Source: a virus
Direction: 5' to 3' (one strand)
Length of the DNA: 38,611 nt
IMG/VR virus record: IMGVR_UViG_3300046688_000010
Coordinates: 1-38,611 of that record
Part shown: piece after piece, positions 1 to 13,038 of the stretch
How positions within the stretch are numbered: position 1 is the first letter of the stretch
Layout of the letters: every line of letters begins with the position of its first letter
Notes under the pieces: generated by a model
Told to the model about the DNA's origin: nothing
Databases searched by the model: none
The model's input: the letters and a program-made list of their open reading frames with translations, nothing else
Position numbers and translations under genes: made by a program

Positions 1-376
1 TTTTCACCAGCAGATGGTGCATTACCTGCGCCGTGGAATTGACTACACGCTGAAGGGTGGCGTGGTCGATGTCGGGACCATCCCCGCCGGGTCGCTGATC
101 GTTTATTCGGCCTCGGGGGTGTTCGTGACGCAGATCTTCAACGGCACCGCCAACGCGATCAACATTGGCGCCTCGACCGATCCGGGCCAAGATAACTTTG
201 GCACGGCGCTGTCGGTGGCGGCGCTGGGCCAGGTGCCGCTGGACGAGGGCGTCAACATCAGCCCGGTGGTCGCGGTCGATACCAAGATCCAGGCCAACCT
301 GGCTGGCATCACCGGAGCGCCGACGACGGGAACGGGGATCATCATGATCGCCTTCGTGCCCAACAACGACCTCTGA
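1..376 (+). CDS. Small capsid-associated protein (possible decoration/cement protein); 3' part of a gene that spans the window junction
   Basis: Track ORF 14..376 stays in frame back to base 2. The identical copy at 38485..38611 shows the real start is ATG 38450, preceded by AAGGAG (136 aa in total). It lies directly after the major capsid gene. No motif recognised; function is inferred from position only. Confidence 0.7.
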   Translation, partial: FHQQMVHYLRRGIDYTLKGGVVDVGTIPAGSLIVYSASGVFVTQIFNGTANAINIGASTDPGQDNFGTALSVAALGQVPLDEGVNISPVVAVDTKIQANLAGITGAPTTGTGIIMIAFVPNNDL

Positions 377-385
377 TCCGGGTGA

Positions 386-424
386 CTGCCGGCGCTCTGT
401 GGTTTAGGGCGCTGGCAGTGTTTT
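386..424 (+). terminator. Candidate (leaky) intrinsic terminator after the capsid genes
   Basis: A 10-bp stem pairs 386-395 CTGCCGGCGC with 409-418 GCGCTGGCAG (one G-U). The loop is 13 nt and is followed by UGUUUUGG. Confidence 0.5.
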
Positions 425-433
425 GGAGGCGCC

Positions 434-1060
434 ATGAGCACCTTTGCTGCAATGGAAGCACGCATTATTTCGGAGCTTCACCGGGATGATATTGCCAGCG
501 TGGTCGATGACTACATCAACGACGCGATCGCGCACTATCAGCGGTTCAGGTTCTGGTTCAACGAGAAAAAGTCGATGGCGGTGACCATCGCCGGCACCGA
601 TCTCTATAACTGGCCGACCGATCTGGTCAAGCTCGACCGGCTGATCATGCTGGTCAACAGCGCTGAGACCGAGCTCGAGTTGGTGGCGCCGGAGGACATC
701 GATCAGCTGGGCATCAAGGCCAGCGACCGCGGCCAGCCGGCCTGGTTTGCGCACTACGGCAAGTCGTTCCGGCTCTACCCGTGCCCCAACCAGGCTTACC
801 CGCTGGCGCAGTATTACCTGTTCACGGTGCCGGCCGAGACCACCGGCTCTGCAGTGGAAAACATGTGGACCAAGGAGGCCGAGGAGCTGATCCGCACCCG
901 CGCGAAAAAGCTGCTGGTGGGGCAGTTCATGCCGACCTCGCAGGACACCATGGGCTGGGCGTCAATGCTCGACAAACAAGAGCGCGACCTCTTGCAGGAC
1001 ATGCAGCGGCAGACCCAGGAGAGCACCCGGAGCGGCCGGCTGCGGAGCTGGGATGCTTGA
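434..1060 (+). CDS. Head-tail adaptor candidate (tail-tubular-A-like position)
   Basis: 208 aa. GGAGG precedes the ATG, and the gene overlaps the next one by 8 nt. Function is inferred from T7-type synteny (portal-scaffold-capsid-adaptor-nozzle) only. Confidence 0.6.
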   Translation: MSTFAAMEARIISELHRDDIASVVDDYINDAIAHYQRFRFWFNEKKSMAVTIAGTDLYNWPTDLVKLDRLIMLVNSAETELELVAPEDIDQLGIKASDRGQPAWFAHYGKSFRLYPCPNQAYPLAQYYLFTVPAETTGSAVENMWTKEAEELIRTRAKKLLVGQFMPTSQDTMGWASMLDKQERDLLQDMQRQTQESTRSGRLRSWDA

Positions 1061-2647
1061 CTGGCGGCCAGACCTCGACCCCCGTACACCGGGGATCCTG
1101 ACCCTGGTCAGCGAGATGCTGCCGGAACCCAACGGCGGCTATTACACGGTGCATTCGGAGTGCACCTTCGGGCCGGACCCCAACGGCTATGTCTATGTGC
1201 CGATCGCCGGGGAGACTTTCCCCAATGCCTACTTTGGCAGTCGCTGGAACTCGATCCCCGGCGGCATCCTGCTGGTCGGCACCAACAAACGGATCAGTGT
1301 GCCCGACCTCAGTGGCGGCAACGGCTTTGTCAACGTCTCCCGCCCTGGGGACTACGCGCTGGGCACGTTGCCGTACCAGTACCCTGAAGATGCCTACGGC
1401 TTCTTCGACTTCTGCGCTTTCGGCGACATCATCGTCGCCTGCAATAGAGGGGTGACGGCGCAGAAACGCAGTGCGCTGGACCTCTCCGGGGGGACGCTGT
1501 TCTCGGATCTGGGCAACCCGGTGTGGACCGCCGCGCCGGGGGCCAGGGTGTGCTGCGTCGCCAATAATTTCGTGTTCCTGGGCGATGTGGGCAACTTCTC
1601 GACCGTCACCGGCGCTCGGGACATCCTGGCCTGGTCGGCCATCGGCGACCACACCGACTGGCGCATCAACCCCCAGGTCACCCAATGCTCGTTCGCGCAG
1701 TTTGTGGACACTCCCGGCGGGATCACTGCGGTGACCGAATTCCAGAACGGGATCGTGGTGTTCAAGGGCCACTCGATGTACCGGGGAAGATACGTCGGCG
1801 CGGGTCCGAATTCGCCCATCTGGGACTTCGAGCGCATTTCCGACAACATCGGCTGCATCGGGCCGCGCTCGTTCACCACCATCGACCAGGGCATCGTGTT
1901 CGTCGGCGATGAGGATATCTTCCTCTACGACGGCACCCGGCCGCGCTCGATCACCACCGGCATCAGAAGGTGGCTGGCGGCGAATTACATGTTCGTCGGC
2001 AACAACGCCGGACAGTACCCGTTGTTGCTGGGCCACTTCCGTACCGGCGACCTGGTCTATATGTGCGGGTTCACCAAAATGCTGGGCTGGAACTACCGGC
2101 TCGACAAGTGGGGTGCGCTGAGTACGACGATGACCGCCCAGGCCATCCCCTGCCGGACCAATACCATCCACTTTCGGACCAACCAGGTCATCGGGGTCAC
2201 TAACGGCCAGGAGCAGATCCAGACCAACCCGGAGGCGGTTAATGTCGACATCGGCTATATCGTCAACGGGGCGACCAAGAACCGCAACAAGGAGCAGTGG
2301 GGCAATTCGTACATGATCACCGGCTATGTCGGGCAACCGGACAGGTTGTCGACGCTGTCGCGGGTGACCCCGATCATGCCGCTGGCCCCGCAGAACCCGG
2401 TGACGGTGCCGCCGACGCTGGAACTGACCTGGTACGGCAGTCCGTCTCCGGGCCAGGGGCGGCAGATCGGCACCGCCAACTACAACAGCAAGTACCGTTT
2501 CGATACCCTGGGCGGCAACCCCAACCAGGTGGTGACCGCCAGCAGCTACGAGTTTTTCTCGTTCCGGCTGGACATCCACAACCAGGCGATCAATGCCACG
2601 GTTGGCATCGTCGACATCGTGCCCAAACTGACCCCTGCCGGTGAGCG

Positions 2648-2651
<4 letters not shown>
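1053..2651 (+). CDS. Tail nozzle/hub candidate (beta-propeller-like repeats)
   Basis: 532 aa with recurring G-x-hydrophobic strand-like segments (e.g. [35 protein letters not shown]). GGAG precedes the ATG and the stop overlaps the fibre gene start as GTGA. Function is inferred from synteny. Confidence 0.6.
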
Positions 2652-5220
<2,569 letters not shown>

Positions 5221-5221
<1 letters not shown>

Positions 5222-7140
5222 TGCACTCGGTCATGCACTGGGGATCGCAGTTCAAGCCGCCGCCAGCGGCGAACCTGGTCTTCGACCACCCGCTGATGTA
5301 CCAGTTGTGGCCGACCAAGGCGGTCAGCCCGACCCCGACCTTTTCCTGCTCGGGCCAGGGTGGCACGGTCCACGACTGGGAGATGGTGCTGCGTAAGTGC
5401 CGTCCGAACGAGGCGCGGTTCCCAGGCGCGAGGCGGGTCGAGAACATGATCCTCGGCAGCAGTCAGAACCTGACCGTCGCCCCGTGGACGGCGTACAACG
5501 TCGGCCTCAATTCGGCGGCACCGATCCTGACCTGGAACTATGGCGGATCGCAGGCCACTCGGGTGCAACTAAACCGTGGCAACGACCTCGCGGTCGGGGT
5601 GTCGAGCATGTACCAGGTCATCGTCGTCCCCCTCTGCACCGCCGCCTATCGGCTGACAGCCAACCTGTGGACGCTGGGCAACCCGGTGACGCTGGTCATT
5701 GCCCTCAGCAACCAGATCAACAATTTCACCATCACCAACACCAGTCCCGTCCGCTACTCGTTCCTGGTCACCGGCAGTTATGCCTCCGCACCCTCCTTCG
5801 CCATCGGCCTCTATGGCGGCAATAGTGGTGGGGTCAACAATTCGCAGTCGGCGGACATCATGGTCGGCAACGTGCAGATGGAGTTGATCTCGGGGCAGTC
5901 CAACACCAACCCCGGCGAGTACCAGAGTGTCGGTATGGGCGTTGCGCCGTATCAGTATTCCAATGTCGACGGGGTGCGCTGCTACGGGGTCAAGCTGGGC
6001 AATACGATGACCGGCAACATCGTCAACGAGATCGCCGGGACGGTGCCGCTGACCACCCCCAACGGGGCCAGCGCCATCGTCTGCGACACGGTGGGGCCGG
6101 GTGGCATCCTGATGGATACGCAGACCACCGTCGGCTGGGGCATCGAGTGGGACTTCAGCACGGTCAATGTGTCGAGCATGTCGGTCGTCACCAAGAACGC
6201 ACCAGGTCCGACCGGGGACTATTACGGGGCTGCTTTTGTCGAGACTGCGGTCAGTGCCCAGCACTACATGAACACCAGCGCCACCCTGCCGTTCGCGGTC
6301 ACCAATTCGTTCTTCGGCGTGTTCGCCGCCCCCGGCCAGCGCAACAACATCCAGGTGCAGCATATCCTCGGCCCCGACCAGGCCCTGGCGAGGTATACCC
6401 TCGCCGGTAGCGGCACGGTCACCGCAGCGTACATGAACGGCGGCACCGGCACCCTGCGTGGCTCGGGCATCATTCCCCTCAAGGGCGGGTGGTACTTCTG
6501 CTGGGTGGCGATGTCCGGGGTCGCGGCGAATACTGCGCTGTCGACCTGGATCGTTGCCGAGAACGGCAACACCTATGGCGGCAGTGGGCAACCGGCCTGG
6601 TATCTGTACGGGATGACGGTGATGGATACCGGCAGCGATACTTACACCTACCCCTGCCAGTACGCCGTCGCCACCCGTGGCACCGACATCCTGTCCTTCC
6701 CCGGCAACAACATGAACCCCGGCGTCGGCACCGTCTACGCCGAGGTCAGGACCAAGTGGAAGACCGCCTGGCAGCAGCGGGGGTATGTCACTGGCGAGAC
6801 CTATCATCTGCCGCTGATGATCCAAGGCGGGTACGGCTCGGACAGCATCGCCATGTACGACGGCACCACGCTGGCGGTCAAGACCGGACTGCCCGACTCC
6901 AGCACCGCCATCCGCAAGGTGGCGGCGACCTGGGGCGGGGGACAGCAGCGGTGTACGGGTGGTGGCCTGCCGGTGGCCGGGACCACGTTCTCGGGCAGCA
7001 TGGGAGCGAGTCTGGTGAGCATCGGCTACTCGCCCTGGGTGGGGGTGGCGATAGGGGGCCAGATCCGCAACGTCAGGATCTGGGACGTGGTGTCGTCTGC
7101 CGCCGATCTCAGTGCGGTCACTGCCGGGTCGGCCGGATGA
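5221..7140 (+). CDS. Second tail fibre / receptor-binding protein candidate
   Basis: 639 aa. The ATG overlaps the upstream stop (TGATG). The sequence is beta-rich and Gly/Thr/Asn-rich. The C-terminal ...GGQIRNVRIWDVVSSAADL resembles the end of LamG/ConA-type lectin folds (from memory, unverified). Confidence 0.6.
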
Positions 7141-7577
7141 GGTACGAGATGATCGCCCCCGAAAATTTACGAGCCTGCTGGACCAGGGTCAAGGCGGGGC
7201 TGGAGCGCGTCCTCCAGGTCGGCAGCGAGACCTGGATACCGGAAGACATCTACACCTACCTGCGGACCAAGATGGCCTTCCTGTACCTGGCCTGGGACGG
7301 TGACGAGTATCGGGGGTTCATGGTGATCGAGTCCAAGCGCGACGTGTTCACCAACCAACCGTTCCTGCACGTGTGGGTGCTTTTCGGCGAACCGCGCAGC
7401 GGGCTTGATCATTTCGCCGCAGTGGAGCAGTTTGTCGGAGAGACGGTGGAATTCATCGACGGGCTGGCGCAGGCGGCGGGTACCAGCACGGTACGGATGT
7501 CGGGGCGCGAGGGCTGGAAGCGGTTCCTGCGCGGAAAATTCAAGCCAGTGCGCGTGTGCTACGAACGACAGTTATGA
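7137..7577 (+). CDS. Hypothetical protein (146 aa) at the fibre / internal-protein boundary
   Basis: ATG 7137 overlaps the stop of the fibre gene (ATGA). The longer track ORF 6489..7577 lies inside the fibre gene in another frame. No confident family assignment. Confidence 0.65.
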   Translation: MRYEMIAPENLRACWTRVKAGLERVLQVGSETWIPEDIYTYLRTKMAFLYLAWDGDEYRGFMVIESKRDVFTNQPFLHVWVLFGEPRSGLDHFAAVEQFVGETVEFIDGLAQAAGTSTVRMSGREGWKRFLRGKFKPVRVCYERQL

Positions 7578-7588
7578 GGAGCTAAGAC

Positions 7589-8689
7589 ATGGGTGGCGGA
7601 TCGGGTGGTGGAGGCAGTTCGACGGTGGCGCGTTTCGAGCCGCCGGACTATGCGGCGCAGAGCTGGGCCGACTACGTCAACAACATGAGGGCGATCACCC
7701 AGCAGACGTACCAGCCCTATGAGGGGATGACCATCGCCCCCATCAACGACGCCCAGGCTGGGGGCATGCAGTACATGGCGAACATCGCCGGCAATGACTC
7801 GCCGGACATGGCCGCGGCCAAGGCGATGAACCAGATCACCGCATCGGGTGGCTACGAGAACCCCTACGCCACGATGCAGACCGAAAATGCGTACAACCCC
7901 TGGCAGCTGGCCGAGGCAGCGCCGCAGATCCAGACCAACACCTATCGCGACAGTTACAACCCGTACGGGGGGTTCAGCCCCGAGTACCAGCAGTTCAAGC
8001 AAAATTCGTTGAACGACACCGTTGGTGCCTACCAGCGCGGCACGGCAGCGCAGACCGACAGCGCCTACAACCGTGCCGGCGCGTTCCATGGCGGCGCGCA
8101 CGATGCCCAGATCGCGAGCAACGAAGACGCGCTGGCCAGGAACCTGGCCCGTCAGGGCTCGGAGATGGACTTTGGCCAGTGGGACCGGAGCTCGGGACTG
8201 TACAACACTGATATTGGACGCAACGCCGGGCTCGAGCAGCAGGCGATCGGGATGGTCAACGATACCCGCCAGGCGGACTATGCGCGGAACTCGGGGATCG
8301 CCGAGAACGCGCTCAACCGCGGTATGCAGTCGCAGACCAACGACCTCAACCGGGCGACGTCGGCCTGGGACGCGGAGCGGCAGCGGCAGATGGCGGCCTA
8401 CCAGAATGCGCTGCAGGGCCACCAGAGCGACCTGTCCGATGCGCAGCACCTGATCGGTATCGGCGACGCGCAGCGACAGTACCAGCAGGACATGCTCAAC
8501 CAGCAGCTCAACAGTTACAACCAGTGGCAGCAGTATCCGTATCAGCAGGCGGACATCTTCGGCAACGCGCTGTCGCGGGCCTCGGGCAACTACGGCCAGA
8601 ATACCCAGACCGGGCAGACCAACTACCAGGCCAGCCCGTATGGCCCGCTGATCGGTGGCGGACTGCTGGCGGCGAGCATGTTTGGGTAA
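7589..8689 (+). CDS. Internal virion / ejection protein candidate (Gln/Asn/Ala-rich)
   Basis: 366 aa. GAGGAG precedes the ATG. Gly-rich N-terminus and a hydrophobic C-terminal tail (LIGGGLLAASMFG). Function is inferred from position and composition. Confidence 0.7.
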   Translation: MGGGSGGGGSSTVARFEPPDYAAQSWADYVNNMRAITQQTYQPYEGMTIAPINDAQAGGMQYMANIAGNDSPDMAAAKAMNQITASGGYENPYATMQTENAYNPWQLAEAAPQIQTNTYRDSYNPYGGFSPEYQQFKQNSLNDTVGAYQRGTAAQTDSAYNRAGAFHGGAHDAQIASNEDALARNLARQGSEMDFGQWDRSSGLYNTDIGRNAGLEQQAIGMVNDTRQADYARNSGIAENALNRGMQSQTNDLNRATSAWDAERQRQMAAYQNALQGHQSDLSDAQHLIGIGDAQRQYQQDMLNQQLNSYNQWQQYPYQQADIFGNALSRASGNYGQNTQTGQTNYQASPYGPLIGGGLLAASMFG

Positions 8690-8698
8690 GGAGACGAC

Positions 8699-9433
8699 AT
8701 GAGCGGCATCGAAGAAGCAGCGCTGGCGGCGTGGATCGCCAACGCAGCCGCGGACTCCGCGCTGGTCTATGGCGGACTGGCGGCGGGCGAGGGCACCGCT
8801 GCGGCGGCGCTGGGCACCGGGGCGCTGTCGGGTGCCGTGGGGACCGCGGCCGGCACCGCGATGGGCGGTGGCGCGCTATCCCAGGCCGACATCCTGATGG
8901 CCCAGGCGATGGACCAGGGCGGGACGGCGGTGGCCCAGCAGGGCTTGATGAGCACGGCCCCTGAAGTGAGCTCACAGCTGCCGATGAGCGAGGTGGGCTC
9001 GCAACTGCCGATGAGCCAGGCGCCCAATGTGACCAGCAGCCTGCTGCAGCCGGGCAGCGCCGAGTCGTCGCTGTTTGGCAATATTGCTGAGGGCCAGCCG
9101 GCGCCAAGCCAGCTTACCGACTACGAGCGCTTCATCCGCTTTGGCAAGCAGGGCCTGACCAAGCTGGGCTCGGGCCTGGCCAAGACGGGTATGACCGGGA
9201 CCGTTGCCAAGAGCCTGCTCGACCCCGGCACGCCGCCGCAGCAGCAGCAAGTAATGGCGCGACAACCGGGTGGCGGAGCTCCGCAGCAGCAGCCGTCCTC
9301 GGTGTCGCTGCTCGGCCAGCAGCAGCCGTATCAGGCTCGGCCCTATGCGCCGACGCTGGCCGGCGTGGGGGGCGATGATGCAGAGATGCAGCGTCGCCGG
9401 AAACTGATGCTGCAACAGATGGGGTACGCATAA
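8699..9433 (+). CDS. Internal virion protein candidate (Ala/Gly/Gln-rich)
   Basis: 244 aa. AAGGAG precedes the ATG. Low complexity, with an internal SQLPMS duplication. Confidence 0.7.
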   Translation: MSGIEEAALAAWIANAAADSALVYGGLAAGEGTAAAALGTGALSGAVGTAAGTAMGGGALSQADILMAQAMDQGGTAVAQQGLMSTAPEVSSQLPMSEVGSQLPMSQAPNVTSSLLQPGSAESSLFGNIAEGQPAPSQLTDYERFIRFGKQGLTKLGSGLAKTGMTGTVAKSLLDPGTPPQQQQVMARQPGGGAPQQQPSSVSLLGQQQPYQARPYAPTLAGVGGDDAEMQRRRKLMLQQMGYA

Positions 9434-10611
9434 TGGCTAACACAGTCACCTACTACGACAACGAAGGTAACCCGTACACCTTCGATACGACCAGCGGCAA
9501 AATGGTCTCGGGTGGCGTCAACAGCGACATCAACAAGACCGATACCAACAAAGACCCCAACCGGCCAGAGGCGTGGAAGGGTGGGCAGCAGGGCGGTCCC
9601 TGGTTGCCGCCGACGTTCAAGCAGACCTACGGCAACTACACCGGGCTGTTTCCGAGCATGGGCCAGCAAGTCGGGCAAGCGTTATTCGGCTCGATCCAGC
9701 CGCAGAATTACCTGCCATCCTGGTTCCAGGGGACGCTGCCACCACGGCTCAATGCGCCGGTCAAGATGCAGTCGTATTACGGCAATAACCCGGCGCTGGC
9801 CAACCAGTTCCCGGGCGGCTCGAGCGGCCAGCCATTCGGCATCCAGCCTACGGGTAACCCCAACCCGCCCAGCGGGGTGCCGGGGTCGTTCAGCCGGACC
9901 ACGATGGGCAACCCCTACCCGCTCAACCAGGCGATCCAGTACGGGCGCTCCAATGTGCCGCAGGTGACCCACGCCACCAACCCGTTCATCGGCGCCTACG
10001 CCGGTCTCTCGGGCTACAACCCTGGCCAGCAGCAGGTCGGGCAGCCGGCCCCGGTCATCCCGAAGCTATCGTCCCCAGGAGGAACTCAGCCCCCGCCGGA
10101 CAACTTCAACCCGGGGCCGGGACAGAACCCGCCCCCACCGAACCAGACTGCCGGCGCCGGCGGGAACGACGGCCCTCCTCAGTATTACGACGTGCCGGAG
10201 GGCGGTGGGGTGATCAACCTCTCGGGTGGGAGTGGCCCACCGACCTGGCAGGTGCCGGCCGGCGGAGGGACGCAGCAGAAGACCTACTCGCCGGGCGAGT
10301 ATTCGCCCAACAACCCGTATGCCGGGCTGTATTCCAACCCGCAAGCGGATGCCTGGCAGCGCCAGCAGGGACCGGCGATGCTGCCGGGGACCGGCGGCGA
10401 TGTCTCACTGCCGTCCAACGGCTACGGGTGGGGCGAACCCGGCGGTTACCGGCTCGATACCGCACCCAGCACCACCGATCCGGGGTCGATGCTCGGCCTG
10501 CTCGGGTTCCTCGGTGGCAGCAATTTCCCGTCGAGTGCAGCCGCCTACGCCAACTGGTATCAACAGACGTATGGGAAGCAAGCGCCGGCACCGGCACCGA
10601 AGGCATATTGA
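9433..10611 (+). CDS. Pro/Gly/Gln-rich internal virion protein candidate (paralog A)
   Basis: 392 aa. TAATG start overlap. The C-terminal ~100 aa are shared with the next gene. Confidence 0.7.
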   Translation: MANTVTYYDNEGNPYTFDTTSGKMVSGGVNSDINKTDTNKDPNRPEAWKGGQQGGPWLPPTFKQTYGNYTGLFPSMGQQVGQALFGSIQPQNYLPSWFQGTLPPRLNAPVKMQSYYGNNPALANQFPGGSSGQPFGIQPTGNPNPPSGVPGSFSRTTMGNPYPLNQAIQYGRSNVPQVTHATNPFIGAYAGLSGYNPGQQQVGQPAPVIPKLSSPGGTQPPPDNFNPGPGQNPPPPNQTAGAGGNDGPPQYYDVPEGGGVINLSGGSGPPTWQVPAGGGTQQKTYSPGEYSPNNPYAGLYSNPQADAWQRQQGPAMLPGTGGDVSLPSNGYGWGEPGGYRLDTAPSTTDPGSMLGLLGFLGGSNFPSSAAAYANWYQQTYGKQAPAPAPKAY

Positions 10612-10622
10612 GGAGAATTGAG

Positions 10623-11219
10623 ATGAGCGGCGGCGGAATGGGTGGAACAACTGGTGGCGCAGGCCAGTTGAAGAGCATGGGCTACGGGCAACCGCAGCAG
10701 TTTAGTGGACTCAACAGCCTGCCCCAGGGCAACTACCAGATCCCCGGTTATGGCGGGGGACCGCCCCCACCAGCAAACCGTCCGCAGTACTCGCCGGACA
10801 ACCCGTACGGCGGGCTCTATGCCAACCCGCAGGCTGACGCCTGGCAGCAGCAACGTGCGGGCGGAATGCCGCCAGGCCCGCCACCGATACCGGCGCAGGC
10901 GATGGGCCAGGGAATTGGCCGAGCGCCGGGACTGCCACCGCAGGCCGCCCAGCCGGCGCAGCAGAACATGATGCGTAAGGCGCTCGGGGCTGATGTTCCC
11001 TTGCCGGACAATGGCTACGGGCACGGCACCCCGGGCGGCTACCGGCTGGACACCGCTCCGTCGACGCTCGATCCGGGGTCGATGACCGGCCTGCTGGGCA
11101 TCCTCGGGGGCAATGTCAACGGCACGCCCTGGAACCGGCAGGCGGCCAATTACGCCAACTGGTACACCCAGACCTACGGCAAGCAGGCCCCCGGCGGACC
11201 GCGCGCCTACGGCCAATAA
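10623..11219 (+). CDS. Pro/Gly/Gln-rich internal virion protein candidate (paralog B)
   Basis: ATG 10623 lies behind AGGAG, in frame with track ORF 10428..11219. It shares the motifs YSP(N/D)NPY.GLY.NPQADAWQ and GGYRLDTAPST.DPGSM.GLLG...ANYANWY.QTYGKQAP with the upstream gene. Confidence 0.7.
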   Translation: MSGGGMGGTTGGAGQLKSMGYGQPQQFSGLNSLPQGNYQIPGYGGGPPPPANRPQYSPDNPYGGLYANPQADAWQQQRAGGMPPGPPPIPAQAMGQGIGRAPGLPPQAAQPAQQNMMRKALGADVPLPDNGYGHGTPGGYRLDTAPSTLDPGSMTGLLGILGGNVNGTPWNRQAANYANWYTQTYGKQAPGGPRAYGQ

Positions 11220-11228
11220 GGAGCGATC

Positions 11229-13037
11229 ATGGCTGAGCTGGACGTCGACGAGCTGATCAAGAAAGCGCTCGAGCAGTACAACAAGCCGCAGACCGAGCCC
11301 TGGCGCACCGGGCTGGCGACGATGGCGATGGGCCTCTTGGCCAACAACCGCGGCAATTTGTGGGAGGGCCTCGGTCGTGGCGGCTTGCTCGGCATGGAGG
11401 CGATGCAGCAGGAGCGGACCCGGCAGCAGAAGGACCCCGCGGCGATGATCAGCCTGCTCAACGCGGTCGAGGAGTTCAAGGGCAACCGCGACATGGCCAA
11501 CCTGTTCAAGGGGCTCGGCCCGCAGGTCTCCGGCCCGGCCCAGTTCCAGCCGGCGCCGGGTATGCCCCAGGATGCCCCGCAGCAGGCTTATGGCATGGCC
11601 AGCCGGGACGACTTCAGCCCGAGCCCAAACGCGGTGCTCGGCCGGCCTCTGTCGCAACCCGAGCAGAGCGGGTACATGGGCTCGATGGTGACTCCCCAGC
11701 CGCGCTTCACCGGCAATGTGCCCACGCCGGAACAATTGATGCAGCATATCGCCAACCCGAAGCGGACCGCCGCGGCGCATAACCTGGCCGACATGCTCGG
11801 CTACAAGACCGAGAACGTCCCCGGCGGGGCGACCCGCTTTGTCGGCGGCCAGCCGACCTATACCGCGCCGATGCAGACCGAGGGGATGATCACCGACGCC
11901 AGCGGCGTTTCGCGCAAAGTGCCGGGGTGGCTCGAGAACAAGGCCGAGATCGAGAAGACCCTCGCCGGCGCGAAGAAGTCCGGTGAGGATCCGTACGCGC
12001 CGGCGGTGCCGGTGCCGACCGGCAACCAGGACAAGCCTGGCGAAACGGTGCTGGTCTCGCCGCAGGCCCAACGCGCGATCGGCACCCAGAACGCGATCCC
12101 GTTCCTGGCCCCACCCCAGCAGGCACCGCAGCAAGCACCCCAGCCGCTGCGCCCGCCCAACCCGGCCTACGGACCGCCCAACCTGCCGCCCGAGGTGGGC
12201 GGCGCCTGGAATGACTGGGTCAATGCCGGCCGCCCAGGGGGTCGTTTCAAGATCGACATCGCGCCTGGAGCTCCACCGTTGCCGAACGTGCCAGGCAGTG
12301 CCGACCAGCAGCCCAGCCGCATCGGGGTCGCTGCCGGCCCGGTGGCGGAGAAGGTGGCCGAGGTGACCCGGACCGCCCCGCCGGAGATCCAGAAGACCGC
12401 GCAGACTGGGGCCAATACCGACTTCATTGCCAACGAATATCGCCCAACACTAGTCGCGGCGCAGTCGGCCGTGCGCTCCAAGGCAACGCTCGACGTGCTC
12501 GACAACAAGGACGTCCGTACCGGGTGGGGAACCACCACTGCGGCGCTGGCCGGCAATGTGCTGGTCGGGATGGGTATGGCGCCGGATGCGGTGAAGAGCT
12601 TTGTGACCGACTCGCAGATCTTTCACAAACAGGTGCAGACCGAGGTTAACCGCAAGATGGTACTCAACAAGGGCCAGCAGACCGAGGGCGATGCCGGCCG
12701 GGCGGCGCTGATCGAGTCGCAGCTGACCGATACCGAGCAGGCCAACCAGTTCACGCGCGACATGGCCCGCGCGCAGTACAACCAGGAGATCGCCAAGGCC
12801 AAGTTTTACAGCGCCAACTACGCCGAGGCGATCCGTTCCGGCAACCCGTTCGCGCTGGAGGAGAAGTGGCGCGACCTGCAGCCGAGCCTGTTCGCCGATC
12901 CGGCGATGAAGAAGTGGGCGGTACGCGAAGCGCCAGCGAAGACCGTCGAGGGCAAGATGGACCCGGCAGGAACGCTCAAGCTGTTCCAGAGGACCGAGGA
13001 CGAGATCCTGAAGCGGCGCAAAGGCATGGGGGGCTGA
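11229..13037 (+). CDS. Internal virion / ejection protein candidate
   Basis: 602 aa. AAGGAG precedes the ATG. Hydrophobic N-terminal segment (GLATMAMGLLA). No enzymatic motif recognised. Confidence 0.75.
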   Translation: MAELDVDELIKKALEQYNKPQTEPWRTGLATMAMGLLANNRGNLWEGLGRGGLLGMEAMQQERTRQQKDPAAMISLLNAVEEFKGNRDMANLFKGLGPQVSGPAQFQPAPGMPQDAPQQAYGMASRDDFSPSPNAVLGRPLSQPEQSGYMGSMVTPQPRFTGNVPTPEQLMQHIANPKRTAAAHNLADMLGYKTENVPGGATRFVGGQPTYTAPMQTEGMITDASGVSRKVPGWLENKAEIEKTLAGAKKSGEDPYAPAVPVPTGNQDKPGETVLVSPQAQRAIGTQNAIPFLAPPQQAPQQAPQPLRPPNPAYGPPNLPPEVGGAWNDWVNAGRPGGRFKIDIAPGAPPLPNVPGSADQQPSRIGVAAGPVAEKVAEVTRTAPPEIQKTAQTGANTDFIANEYRPTLVAAQSAVRSKATLDVLDNKDVRTGWGTTTAALAGNVLVGMGMAPDAVKSFVTDSQIFHKQVQTEVNRKMVLNKGQQTEGDAGRAALIESQLTDTEQANQFTRDMARAQYNQEIAKAKFYSANYAEAIRSGNPFALEEKWRDLQPSLFADPAMKKWAVREAPAKTVEGKMDPAGTLKLFQRTEDEILKRRKGMGG

Positions 13038-13038
13038 C

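Noticed and set aside
6489-7136. N-terminal 216-codon extension of the 7137..7577 gene given by the ORF track (similarly 26610..26717, 29344..29670 and the upstream parts of several - strand track ORFs).
   Set aside because: The extensions lie inside neighbouring genes or promoter regions in other frames and are Arg/Gly/Pro-rich. Internal ATG/GTG starts with SD or ATGA/TGATG coupling give compact, non-overlapping gene chains.
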